DNA of 64,000 bases, from contig MU053881.1 in NCBI GenBank assembly GCA_013239625.1, forward strand, positions 10,654,873 to 10,718,872, read 5' to 3'. Under the pieces are notes generated by a model. It saw only the letters and a program-made list of their open reading frames with translations. It made no database searches and was not told the DNA's origin. Shown piece after piece: positions 27,273-40,639 of this stretch; position 1 is the stretch's first letter, and each line of letters begins with the position of its first letter. A program made the position numbers and the translations under genes. This DNA comes from Lama guanicoe. Its lineage: Eukaryota.

Positions 27273-27388
27273 CTTTTTCTTTTTTTAATTAATTAATTTA
27301 TTTTAACGGAGGCACTGGGGATTGAACCCAGGACCTCATGAATGCTAAGCACTCCCTCTACCACTGAGCTCTGCCCATCCCTGTACCC
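27273..27388 (-). mobile_element. Camelid tRNA-derived SINE (Vic-1 type) with 9-bp TSD
   Basis: Reverse complement reads agctcagtggtagag (A box)...gaggtcctgggttcaatccccagtgcctcc (B box) plus an A-rich tail. TSD ctcaggcta at 27264-27272 and 27389-27397. Confidence 0.85.
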
Positions 27389-27589
27389 CTCAGGCTATGC
27401 TTTTTAAAGAGGGTAGACACCATGGCAGGAATGGGGATCAGATCTCTTTTCTTCCATGTGACTTTCTTCCCTTCTAGTTCATCCTATAAAGGTGCTTTAA
27501 CAGGATTAGAAGATTCAAGCAAACCTAAGACAGAGTCTAGAAAAGCAGGGATACTGTCGGGTAGTTTAATAATAATTTATAACAATTGG

Positions 27590-27800
27590 CTTGTACTCAC
27601 TGGTGTCTGCTCTTTGCCAGACCCTCAATGAAGAACTTTATGTGAATATTACATTTATATTTACTTAATTAAATTCTTCAGCAAGGATGAAATAGATACT
27701 ACTGTTATTGTTGTTGTTTTAACTGAGGAGGAAACTAAAACACAGTGAGGTCAAATAATTTATAAACAGCCTGGAAATGATGGAGCCGGATTTTAACTAT
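27590..27800 (-). mobile_element. MIR SINE
   Basis: ttttaactgaggaggaaactaaaacacagtgaggtcaaataattt core in antisense. Confidence 0.65.
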
Positions 27801-28160
27801 CAACTGGTACTGCCTTTCTTCACAGATCCCTCTAGTTTAATCTCACACAAAACATGCGAAGGAGGCCTTAAAAATCCACCTAGGAGCTGAATCCAATATG
27901 CTAAGAGGCTAGATAAGAATCTGGGGCCAAAACCCTGGATGTAACATTAAGCACTGTTACTGCCCCCGCTGTCCTCTTGGAAACCAAGAAGCACCGTCAT
28001 AGGTCCCCGGGTGCGGCTGGAAATTGAGAGATTGTTTTACTGGCTCAAGTTCTCATAATAAATGTAACCAACTCGAACACTTGGAATTTCTTTTTCAGGC
28101 CCGTTGCAACTGTTTTGTCGTTTAAGAGCCCTCAGTTTTATGACACACAGAAATACTTAC

Positions 28161-28255
28161 GCATAAGCGTCAGAAACTGGGCTTGCCTTTTATGAAGAAA
28201 GAAGATACACTGTTATTATCATATTCGGCAAAATCGTATAAAATCATTCCTCCGG
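28161..28255 (-). other. Candidate 95-nt non-coding exon
   Basis: Acceptor tctctgcttttcatgctttag|C and donor TGC|gtaagt. All three frames contain a stop. Confidence 0.35.
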
Positions 28256-30668
28256 CTAAAGCATGAAAAGCAGAGACCTAGGCTCCCTGTCCCCAGCTGT
28301 AGATACATGAAATGTCAGCTTGCTCAGAAGAACAGTGACGTCTTAAGGTACCAAATTGTTCAGTTTTATTACCACATGAATACCATGTAATCAGTTCTTA
28401 GCATAGCACTTTGCCGTAACACAATTCATGGTTCATCGACAGAAATGATCCTTCAACCCAGGTAAATAACAGTGTATGTCATATATGTGTTATCTGATTC
28501 TGAGTCAAAAGCTTTGAGCATCTGCGGTAGTCAAAATTTTAGAAGGGAATTAATTCCCTTAATTCATAAGTCAGATAAAAAAAAAAAGAATACCGAGTAG
28601 CTTGTCTGTCTGTATTATCTTTACACGGTTCTTACATTCTGTGAAAAAGTCAAAGTAAAGAGAATGCAGGTATCAGAACACAGCCACGTACAGTGCTGAA
28701 TCCTTTCCTGTTAACTGCTTTTAACCCCATAGCGCATCAACAATTACCAGGTGCAAGTCAAAGTAAATGAACCCTACTTTCAATCTACATTACTTAGTTT
28801 AACTTTCAGATGATGGATACATTTATCTGACATGGAACAGCATATTTTAGTGAATGCTGATGAAAATCCTAGCAAGACCTTACTGTTCATAGAGATCTGT
28901 CTCTGAAGGACATAACCTTTTCTGTCATGATTGCAACTCTCATTGTAAAATGAGAAAATTAAATCACTTGGGAAATGATAGAAAAGACAGAAACTTTAAA
29001 TGCCACTCATAACACTAGAAAGCAGGAATAAATGATGTGTTGGCTTTGATACAAGAAAACATCTATGACATTATCTATCATTAAGCGGAAAAAATCTGTC
29101 AGGTATATTTTTCTTACAATAATTTTTTTTTAAACTAAGACTGGGATTGAGCTGTTTAAATAATAATTGGCACATACATCAATGTAAACAAACTTCTCGG
29201 CTCACCTATAAAACTTAGATCAGTGAGTGTTTCAGAATTCTGGATCCCTCAAGCTGTTTTCAGGGTAACTAAACGAGCCTGAATATACCTGCTCCCTCTC
29301 CCCACCCCACTCCCGCAACTGAGGCTGGCCAAATCGTCTTCAGTCTACATGTCAGCTCAGAAGTGTCCACCGTTATCAGCCAGCTAGCGGAAGCCTTTCC
29401 AAAGGTAGCAGAAGGGCCAGGTAGCATACCTAAGGTGGCCTAAAAACAAGTAAATGGATGTGACGGGAATAAAAATTATTGGGAGACAAACTGGTATTTG
29501 TTGTCAGGGTATGTATATCATTTTGTATACACACATAAACAATAAAAACAATACTCTGCTTCAAAATTTAACTACATCAAAAATTACATATTAGAAACTT
29601 GGCTATAAGGTTTCCCACAGGTATTTCCCTCTTGGAAGGTAAGACCCCTTTTTTCTTCTGATTTATAAAATATCAAAAGTTACTTTCATATATCTTTATG
29701 TTTTCTTTGTTCATGGTTCCTGTTTTTTAAAATAGCATGTAAAAGAGCCAAGACTGAGATCTATCAGAAAAGCTGGTGGTTCAGGCAAGTTAACCCCTAG
29801 TTGCAACAAGAGGGAATATAGAAAATTAGACTTCTACTTTAAAAAGTGTGCTGGAAATATTGTAAGACATTCATGCAAAAATGCATCTATGTGTGAATAC
29901 ACATGGTTTCCCCAAATACCAGATTGCCATTCATATTTGAGACCCTGGAAACGCCTGTTTTCTTTTTTTTGTTTGTTTTTTAGAGTAATTGGTACCTCAT
30001 GATACACCTAACTTAAAATGAATCTGCTAGTATATAATAAAAAGTGAACTGGAACATTATCTCAAATATAATATTTAACTTCTGCTAAAAATGTTTAGAT
30101 TATAGTTATAATGAGCCACTCATTCATGGAATTAACTACAATACACAGATCGATTATTTTCAGGGCATGATTTTTCCGATAGGAATTTGTGCTACAAAGA
30201 AAAAGACATCTCTTACTTTGCAATTAACTTTTGTGCCATTGTTAAAGGGGTCTTTATCCAAAAATACCTAAGGGCTTTATAAATTTTCCCAGTGGCCTGT
30301 CATAAACCTACTGAAGCACCAAACATTTCACTGTTCTTATTTATGCTTCTTTAGAAGATAACTTTTCAGTTTGGCGACTCCTCTAACTCCCAGATGTTCC
30401 CATGTTAGTCGATGGCTTTGCGAGTTATTAGAATGGTTCTCCAAGATTGCTCTCATCTACTTCATGAAATCCTCTGACTTTTTGCAAGATTTATGAGGTA
30501 ACTTTGCATTCCTGTTGATCAATATTTGTATAACATTGTCAAAGTTCAAAGCTGAAAATCAGCAAGAGATCTCGAAGTACTCAGGCAATAAATACTACTG
30601 TTCTGTGGGAAAAGACGAATGATTCAGTAAACTTGGTTCATTTTATGGTGGATTTTGAGCCTCTACTT

Positions 30669-30855
30669 CAGGGCTCAGCGCACTTATTCCTTCAAAAGGC
30701 CCAATAGTAAGTATTTTAGGTCAGTCACTGGAGCATGAAAGCAGTCATAGACCATACACGAAAGAATGGGCGTGGCTGAGCTCAAATAAAACTTTATTTA
30801 CAAAAACAGGAGCCGGGCTGGATTTGTCCCAAGGACCTTTGCTTGCTGACCCCTT
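30669..30855 (+). mobile_element. hAT-Charlie MITE, MER58A-like
   Basis: Terminal inverted repeats cagggctcagc...gctgacccctt, internal aatgggcgtggctg...aataaaactttatttacaaaaacagg, and an 8-bp TSD ctctactt / ctctaatt. Confidence 0.85.
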
Positions 30856-32179
30856 CTCTAATTTAATGAACAATCAGATAATGAGGATCCCACTGTAAGA
30901 AACATATTTCCCCTAGAAAATGAATAGAAAAAACAAGAGTTTATCAAGAATGCCTCCAAAGTGTAAGTACTTTTGAAATTAAATACCATTTGCACGTCTT
31001 TACTAACACAACCACTCTGAGGATCCCTCTTAAACAACTACTTAATTCTGTTACTTTGCTCCGTAACTGTGTTACTTTAAAAATTGACATTGTTACAGAT
31101 TAGGAACCCACGCAACCCAATGCTGATTTGATAAATATAGGGATAAAAAACAGTGATGATGAAAATGGAAAGAAAATAACCTCAGAATTAAAAGTAAAAA
31201 AAAAATTGAATCAATTGTGTATCATCATTTGCCCTGCATGAAATGCCTCAATTAATATATTTCAATCGGGGGAGTTTCTATGATGACAAGCCATTATTTC
31301 TAAGTAAAACAATGATCTATATCTCAATGAGCATTCATTGACCCCTTTACGTAATATGATCCATCCATTTAATAATAAAAAAGCAGATCACTAAGGTGAT
31401 AAAGTACCCTTGATCTATGTATATAAAGTGTTGCATATGCATCTACATGCTGTATCTAATTTTTGTTGATATGTTCACTTAATCATATTACAGAAAAATT
31501 TCACAAACCCTTGATTTTTAAAGGAAAATTAAGGCCTTCTTTATCGCTTTCTAGTCAGGTGGTTCTGACCTCCCTCAAATTTTCCACTTTTTTCCAGTGC
31601 TTTAAAATCCTTTTTTTCCCCTTTACTACATATGAGTTTGAAGGATTAATTAGATGTTATTGTTTAGAAGGGAAAATTAAATAACATAAAATAAAATGTG
31701 CAAAATAATACCTATAAGCGTCTTATTGCAATTCTTGCATGCATTTTTTTTCCTGCAAAATCTAAATGGTGCCATATTTCTAAACAGCTTTCTCTGCCTG
31801 CCCTATTAATATTTTCTGAAAGTGTTTTGTTTTAATGGTAAAGGACAGAACATTTGAACTGGATGATATAAATGACATGGAAAAAATTTAATGAATCTAC
31901 TTTTTTTAAAAAAAAAACAATTACTGCAGATAATCAGGTTTCTCTACCAAAACATCGCTTCTTGCTATTGAAAGGAAAAAGACCTATTTTAATCCAGGTG
32001 GACGATAGCTCTGAACCATTAAAGTATTTCCAATTTTCTACAACAAACTTTAGGACAATCTTTATGGGATAAAGAATAAGATTCCTTATTCTGTCATCAC
32101 AACATTTAAGATTTTCATTGAAGCTCAATTAAAGTTGAGGAGGCCAGAGTACAGAACAATAGCATGGTAAACCGTTCCA

Positions 32180-32520
32180 AATGAGTATGTACCAGGCCGT
32201 GCTTTAAGATATTTAAAGTTAGAAAGGGAGATACAGGTGGAGGTATGGTAATATCTCTATATATTTACCAATCTACATATATATACACTATATACAAGCA
32301 TAAACACATGCAACTGTACATATATACAGGTGTATATGTATAAATAAGACTACTTTAATTCTCAAAATAACTCTGCAAAGCCAATCCTAACATTATTATA
32401 TGCATGCTATAAGACAGTGGAAGTTTAGTCACCCAGCATTGACTTGCCCCAAGTCACAGAACCATTAATTGCCAGACCCAACACTGCAACCCAAGTCGTT
32501 CAGCTTTAGAATCCATACTA
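32180..32520 (-). mobile_element. MIR SINE interrupted by an AT/AC low-complexity tract
   Basis: tatgtaccaggccgtgctttaag at one end and tgacttgccccaagtcacag...aacccaagtc at the other. Confidence 0.55.
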
Positions 32521-35500
32521 ACACTTTTTTCACAATGTTATGATCAAGCATATTTTTTCTCCTCCCAAATCCAAATCCCATTAAAAATATTTTCAAAGGA
32601 ACACTCAAAATTTACCTAAACAAGATCATAAAGCTTCTAAAAGTTCATATAAAAGTCTTTCCATATATATTAGGATTTATGATAAAGCAATGCCTGTTCT
32701 GGGAGGTGACTACTGTTCACACATCTATCTGGTAAGATTCTTTTCAACTCACCCCATCTCCTAAGAGAGCTCCTCAAAACACTTTTTAAAAATTAAAATG
32801 ACTCGAACAAATCAGCAAATTAGTCATGAGGGCCAAGTGGGAACCTGCCATTCCCCGGCTCTTGACTTTATCAAAAAGAGACAAATCATAGGAACAAGAG
32901 TATCTATAAAGTCTTTTCTAAACAACTAAATGACAATGTGTGTCCCAGAGTCAATGTACATTTTAAATCAATTATCTCTGACTCCTTTCAGTTAAACCAG
33001 CAAATTGACATAACCAAAACAACCTTGCCTCTATGTTTTCCAATTAATAGGGTTTTAATATGTTTAGAAAATATCTAGTTGAATTTAGTTAAACAGCCAA
33101 TTATAAACCAGGTGTTTCAATTGTATAAATAGCTTACGATGTGGACTGCATTCATTATGGCAAGACTTTGTCTCAGCTCCAAAGCATCCATCCAGCTAAA
33201 AACAGCATGAGAGAGTATTGCAAATTTCCTCAACTTATATTTGGATTATGTTTTAATATCTCATTACATTTTTAAAAGATAAAATCAAGACCTCTAAGGC
33301 ATGTAGAGTGCCTTGGTAATTATAAATACAAGATGGTATTAATAATAAACTTTTATTTCCATTCATTTTTTTCTCATCAATTCATTCTTTTAAATTTTGT
33401 ATATTGCAATGGGATTTTTTTTTTCTCCCCCTGTTACAGATGTTTGGATTCTGTAATCCCCCGAGGTATCAGAAGCCTGCATATCCCATCTGCAGTGATA
33501 AACATATCTGGTGATTAGAATTTCATACAAAGCAAAATACTAATACATCATTAAGTCTACAAAATATTTAGTCCTCCATATGTTGTTTGTGCTTCAGATT
33601 TGTCAAACATTTTGCTATAAAATACAATTCAGAATAAACAATAGATAAAAGTAAAGTCAAAGAAAAGTAAAAAATATTTGGATTTTTTAACTTCTCTGTT
33701 TTATATTTTATTTGCATAAAGTATACTATTCAACTCTAAGTATATTCTTTACTCCCTTGACATGAAATTTGAATATTCTGGTTTGTACAAGAGGCTGGTT
33801 TTAATAATACACTTGGCATTAAATTGAGCTTAATTTAAGACGGGTAAGAGAAGTTCACTAGAAGTTTCCTGACTGGGCACTGATTGTCAGTCATCTTATA
33901 CAAACTAAATTCTGTATTTTCCCCTGTCTGTGAAGTGGAGTGAGGATTTTGTTTTGCGCCAGAGCCTAAACGCAACTTCCTGTCTTGCCGCAACATTTAA
34001 GGAATCAATCAGTTGTTAAGCAAAACCTATATACAGCTTATTGCACGTAATAAGCCAGCGAAGCCCAAAGGTGAAATGAACCCAAAATGAGAAGCTTCGA
34101 CAGAAAGAGAGCGAAAAGCTACAAAGAAAGAAGTTGTCCTTGGTAGCCCAGTATTTATTTTATGTCTTGGCAACTGTGCTAAACAAGCAATAGGGCAAAA
34201 CCTACATCAGTTGTGTGAGAAAGTATGCAGAACTCGACTCTCGGGCTACCTGGCGAGTATCAGCAGGTAACGTGTTAACTTTTCCACCTTCAACATTAGA
34301 GCCAATTAGCTGTCCACTAGCTGCCTTGGCGACTGCCTTACCTAAGTCCTACTCTCTCCTTTTCTTTGCAGAGTTCATGTCATCTAGGACTACTTCAGTT
34401 TGGGTTAGAGTTAGTAAGTACTAGCGGGACTCAACAAGACAGTCTTCTCTCATGAGAAGATGCACAGAATACGGCATTTTACCCAGCCAGCGAGTGCAAA
34501 ATCAAAGAACTGAATTCAGCCACGCTTCAGACCTGCGCATTGTAGTTTTGAAATATAAACCTCAACATGACCCTGGAGATTAAACAACTTAATATTTTTC
34601 ACATGTAATGAAGACTGGGGGCCTCTTGAGTGTCTCCTGAGTATAAGCATCTTAGAAGCATTATTTTTCGTAAAACCAAACTAACCAAAGATGGGAAGGA
34701 CCATCCCCTGGAGACCACAGAGGGCAGTTGCCTAGAATAAATACTCCAGTGTGCAGTCCCCCTTGAGGGTTAGAGTCCCCTAGTGTTACGCCAGCTTCTG
34801 ACCTTTTATTTACAGTGTTATTTATTATTCATATTTTATTAAATATTTAAAATGCCACCTATTGTACCTGATGACTATTATGAGAAGAAAAGGTCTCTGT
34901 TCTTCAGATCCAGCTAGTTAATATCCTGGACTTGGCATTAATTATCTGGCATTTCCTTTCAAAAACTCCTAAAGCTCCATGTTTGTATTTAACAGGCAGC
35001 AGTGGCAACGAAACATAGCCATGAACATCGTGAGACTCAAAAATTAGTTCTCTCTCAATCTCTTTTTTGGTAAATGAATTCATCATTTTCTCTCACTTCT
35101 TCAGCAGTACCACTTAGAACTGGGATTAACACAAACATATGATAAGTGACAAGAAACACATTTTTTTAAAAGACTTTTGCAAATTCAGTATTGGTTCTTT
35201 TATAGGGGCCAAGGCACTGCCATGGCTATCTCGTCTATGGAATTCATTAAACCGGTAGAGGCTTGTGCTTGTCTGTCTCTCTCTGTCTCTGTCTGTCTGT
35301 CTCTTTCCCGTGGTGTGGGATTTTGAAGGTGAAGGGGAGGAATACATTATTCTGATTATTTAGCTGCTCATCCCCTGAGCCAAGTGTCTAGTTCTTCCTG
35401 TAAAGATCTATATTTTTAAATTAAGGAAAAGGAGCAAATTTTCAAACTTCGTCTTTGAGAAAGTTAATCCAGGGCTGGGCCCAACAGGAAACAAAACTGA

Positions 35501-35823
35501 AAACCAACCAGTAAAAAAACCAAAGCACTACTATGGGATGCCGGGAATCAATTTAGACCGACTACAGAGAGAAAGAGGTGACTACAGGACTTTTCTGGTG
35601 ACGATGAGATGCCTCTGGCCGTGCAGAAATTTAGAAGCAAGGCTGGTAACTGATTGTTCTAAGGGAACTTGGCATAGGTATAAACCTAGACAGCGGTCTG
35701 AATGTATCTCCTGAAATGTACCCTTTCCTTAACTATTCCTACACAGTTTTATTAAAAATGATGGTTTGTCTTCAGTTATGCTGTATATTGTAAAGGAAAG
35801 GCCTTGTGGGGGGAGCAGCTATG

Positions 35824-35891
35824 CCATTGTAGCAAATGCTGTGACGTGGCGTGCACGAGGTCCTGGGCTCAATCCCCAGTACCTCTGTTTA

Positions 35892-35928
<37 letters not shown>
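35824..35928 (+). mobile_element. 5'-truncated Vic-1-type SINE with a 36-nt pure poly(A) tail
   Basis: gtgcacgaggtcctgggctcaatccccagtacctc followed by A36 (35893-35928). Candidate TSD agctatg at 35817-35823 and 35928-35934. Confidence 0.8.
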
Positions 35929-35932
<4 letters not shown>

Positions 35933-36699
35933 TGAAGGAGGCCAGAGGGAAGAAGCAGACGAAATAGTTATCTAGCATATGAGAACTTACAAAAACTTAA
36001 GACAGTGAATTATTACCTCCCACCAAAAAAGTTCATATCACACTCCTGCCATCATGATTCAGATGATTCAGATGATGCTAAATCTCTTTGTTTATTGATA
36101 ACTTTCATTCCTCAAATCCTTTCTACATACCTCCCCAAGTTTATGTCTTACTTATTGCCACCCCCCCTTTATTTTCTTCCTTACTCCACATCCCTCAGTA
36201 ATTTCAGAGGGCCCTAACGTCAAGTTTTCTGATTCAACCAAGAAGAGAAGTTAATAATAGAAGTCGGATTTCGGGGATTAAATCTGAGATGCCTGTGTAT
36301 GCCTGGAGAAAAGGAACTCATTTGAAACTTGGAATCCTCGTGGACGATACATAAATGAAAAATAGTACAAACAGAGGTGTTTTTGATGAGCAAATGAAGT
36401 TACTTGTGAAAATCACCTGCCAGAGTGCCTGGCATACAGGACAAGGGTATCAATATCGGCTCCAGTTACTAAATAGTCAGGAGATTCGATATAAGTATCT
36501 CCAACCAAGGTATTTATCCTTTATTTCCAGGTCTGGGTTGATTATGCCTTAACTGTCATTGAATAGTCAATATTTGTTGAACAAAACTTACAGTTTATTA
36601 TTATTTTTTCAAGCTCAGCTATTTCTTTACGCTGCTATCTCATTTTCTCTCTGTATGAATCTAGGAAGTCAGGAGCATCTCCAGCTATGAATGATATAC

Positions 36700-37340
36700 C
36701 CTGAGCATCCCTTCCCTCGTTTTCATTTCCAGTCATTTCCACACTAGTGGAAACATTCAAATTCTGCCTCCAGTATTACAATTGCCTCCTAACTTGTTTC
36801 CTTTCCGAATAACTCCCTCCTCTAACCACTCAGAACTCTGAGAAAAATCAATATTCCTAAACCACAGATGTTAATCTACAGACCCTCCAAGTTTCCCATG
36901 TTCCTGAAATTTAACCACTTTACAAATTTTGCCCAAATCTTCACATCCAGGGTTTACTACGTTCATGCAAAAGCTTTTAGAGCTCTAGTACAATGAATTT
37001 TATGTCTCTTCCCTGAAAATTCCACAAATGTCTTTATCAGTCAATATTTATTCTCTCTTTCTGAAATGTATTTGTCATTGCATTTTGGTGGAAAATAATA
37101 TGTGTACCTCAAGGGCCATCTCTAGTGAAATATCATGTATGAAACTTTCTAGCATTTGGTTTATCTATTTCTGCTGCCATTTCATTATGACATGAAAAAG
37201 AACATGTTTATACATCTTGTTGCATTTTCCCTTTGTCTGCACTAGGCTTCAGGATCCTTGGAAAAGGTTTACAGGCATAATTCAGCCTGACATTTACATC
37301 AGTCTTCTGCATCATGTGCCTGGGTGACCCTCAGATGTAT
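36700..37340 (+). mobile_element. Decayed LINE-2 fragment
   Basis: ttacaattgcctcctaacttg...tacctcaagggccatctc...ctgcactaggcttcaggatccttgg pattern. Confidence 0.5.
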
Positions 37341-37689
37341 GATTAACTTAATGGCACTTATTCACTGGAAAAGGGACATAAAAATAATTTCTTCTATCCA
37401 GTTAAAATTAGTAGTAAGTGAGAAGAAAATATCTATTAATTAGTTTTATTATAGATATAAGCTCCAGGCAGTAATCTAGCCAAAGACTTATTACTGTTTA
37501 CTTCTTAAACAAAGGATTATTTAGGTCAAAAGGAAATTCATTTACGTTTTCAACAAAGCAAAGTATCTTAAAAATACACACACACACTCACATTTTGCTT
37601 ATCAAGTTAAAATATTGAAGCTTAATAGTAGATTATAATTCTGGACAGCCAAAAATTATGCCACCAGATCTCACCCCTCCCCATCTAAC

Positions 37690-40445
37690 AACGAAAAATC
37701 TGGGAAAATTTTAAAAATAACAATGAGCTTGTAGAATGAAAAGAAAAATAGTATCTGGAGAAGAGCTGACGCTTTGGAAGAACGATCAGCATGGAGTGAG
37801 CTATGCATTTGTACAGCTTCAAGCCTGAGGGTAGGTCACTTCCAGCTCCGGGAGGGTGGCAGAGGCTCCAATAGAAAACACAGAGGCTTCCTGACATAGA
37901 AACAACCAGAGGAGAGAATGTTCGGCAACCCCAGAAACTGAAGAGAAATCCTGGGCTAAAGGGACAGATAGAAGAGAATCAAATTTGTGTACAAACTTCC
38001 TGCAAAACTTTCTAGCTGACCTCTGAACAATGTTGGGGCTGACTGAAAGCAGCCTACCTAAGAACAGGTTAGCTGACAGGAGATTGGAGCTGCTCTCCTA
38101 CAGACAGAATTTGCAATTTATGCCCAACAAAGATGACTGTTGGCTAAAACTACACCAACAAACAAAATACAAATTTTTTCAGATAAATGTAACTGAATGC
38201 AAACTCCCCACAAAATACAATCAACGTATCTGAGGTACAATCAAGAAGTACACGCTGTATGAAATACCAGGAAAAAGTTAAAATTTTTCAAGCGGAAGAC
38301 AGTATCTGAGACAAGCCTTGAGATGATCCAGATGTTGGAATTGTAACTAAACTAAAAAATGTAAAGAATATTATGTCTTCAATTAATCATTGATAGAACA
38401 TTTCAGCTGAGAAATAAAAATGGTAAAAAAAAGACCCAAATTAAAAATCTAAAAATTTGAAAGTTAAAAATTATTGGATACCCTTAATTAACAGCCTAGC
38501 AAAGGTAATAGATGAGTAGTCAGTGAATGTGTAAACAGATTAACAGAATTTATCCAACTTCAATAAAACAGAAGAAAAAAATGACAACAACCTTAAACCT
38601 GTGGAAAAATACTAAAAGATTTAAATTTGGGGTAAATGGAATATCAGACTAACAGGCAAGAACAGAATTGAAAAATATTTTAATTTAGTGAAAGGTGTAA
38701 GTGTAAATCTTTAATGAAGCCCAGTGAACTCCAAGCAGAAATGGAAAAACAAAGCAAAACAAAACAAAAAAACCTAAGTCCATCATAATCAATCTGCTAA
38801 AAAAAACAAAGTTAAACATACTTTTAAAAGCAGTCAGAGAAAAATAACATCTTTATTACAGGAGAACATTTGAGTTTTTGCTGACTTTCAGAAAGAGAGC
38901 AAAACATATTTAAAGTGTTATAAGAAAAAAATATCTGTTAGACTAGACATTTACATTTAGAAAAAATATATTTCAAGAATAATATATGAAGACATTTTCA
39001 GATTTGGAAAAACTATGAGAATTCATTGCCAACAGATATGAAATACAAGAAGAGCTAAGGAAGTGTATTTCTGGCTAAAAGGAATTGAAAATAGATGGAT
39101 CCATAGATCTTTAGGAAGGAAGAGAGGACCAGAAATAGTAAATATTTAGGTAAATATAAAATACTTTTTTCCTCTATTAGTTGCTTTAAAAGAAAATATA
39201 AAATTGTCCTGTGAGCTCTTTAATATATACAGATATTATCCATGTAACAAATGTAACATAAAAGAGGAAGGGGAGTTAAACAGACTATAAAGCTATAATA
39301 TTTCCTTATTTTATATGAAATGATACAATATTCTACAGACATTATGGAAGTTAAGGAATCATACTGCAATCCCAGTAGTAATCACTTGAGATATAAAATG
39401 TATAGCAAAAAACAGATACATTAAAATTGAATTATTAAAACAAATAATTTTAGAAAAGAACTGCCAACAATCAGAAGGGACAAACTAAAGACATAGTAAA
39501 ATGGTAAACCTAAGTCCAGTGATGACAGAATTACATAAAACGCTAATGGACTAAACACTCCACGTAAAAGTCAGAGACTGCCAAAATGGATATAAAAGCA
39601 AGACTCAATAATATGTCGATCTAATACAAATATAATTTAAATAAAGACACAGGTTAAAGGCAAATGGATGGGAAAAGACATGTCACACACAGAGTAAGAA
39701 TGCTAAGTGACAAAATTAATATTGGAAAAACAGTACTTTCCAAAACAAAGAGAAATGGAGGATATTTCAAAATGATAAAAGATATAATTCATAAAGATGA
39801 TAAAAGAATTTTAAATACTAGTAACGGAAACACCACATGTGAAATATGAACTGACTGAATTAAAGATTGGAAAAAGTAATACCAAACTTATGGTCAGAGA
39901 TTTGACCAGAACTCAGGCTAAATAGAAATAAACCAAAAAAACCAAAAGCAAAACCAAAACCAAAAACCCCAAATCAGTAAAAATAGAGATAATTTCAAAA
40001 ATGTTTATCAACCATGTTGACCTAGTATTTTTTAAGTTATAGAAAATGACGCCTGCAACTGCAGTAATATTATTTTTCAACTGTATATAGCATATTCTCT
40101 AGGTAATTCGTTATCTCATGCAGGAAGTCTAAGTAAGCCTTAACAAAATTGAAACCATACAGAGTATGTTGCTGTTACAAAGAAATTAATTTAAAAAGAA
40201 ACATGTTTAAGAATGCTCCAACAATTCGGATATTAAATAACATACTTCTGAATAATCAAGGATCAAAGAAAAAAATCATAATGAAAAATAAAAGTATTTC
40301 AAACTGAACTATCATGCCAATGTAATGTTTCTAAGTTTAGAGGGTGTTAGTAAAGCAGTGCTGTGAGGGCAATTTATAGCATTTAAGCATTTCAAAGAAA
40401 AAAAGAAAGATCAGAAATCAATGACCTATGATTTTACCCTAGGAA
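37690..40445 (+). mobile_element. Old L1 (L1M/L1MD-like): 5' region, decayed ORF1 and the ORF2 endonuclease region
   Basis: ORF1-like aaaagcagtcagagaaaaataacat and gagaattcattgccaacaga. The ORF2 start near 39500 reads aatggactaaacactccacgtaaaagtcagagactg (NGLNTPRKSQRL, compare NGLNSPIKRQRL). Many stops and frameshifts. Confidence 0.85.
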
Positions 40446-40639
40446 GTAAATTTTTTCAACTTTGGTATGTTTTAAAATATTTCATAGCAAAATATTGGGG
40501 CAAATGAAAGAAATCAATGGTAATAGACTTCGATATAAATTTAGAACTATTTATATATTATACTAAATTATATATACACACATATATATATACACACACA
40601 TACACAAACACACATATATTTCATTTAGGATAAGGTAGC

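Noticed and set aside
27273..27388. tRNA gene
   Set aside because: The A and B boxes belong to a SINE with an A-rich tail and TSD. There is no intact cloverleaf.
30330..30560. Exon-looking stretch after a minus-strand ttttcag acceptor
   Set aside because: All three frames contain stops and there is no convincing donor.
33421..33520. Strong plus-strand acceptor followed directly by ATG at 33440
   Set aside because: All frames stop within about 80 nt and the donors are weak, so a chance poly(T) acceptor is likely.
34712..34730. CTCF-like gaccacagagggcag
   Set aside because: The 5' half deviates from the consensus, so it is not supportable without a PWM scan.
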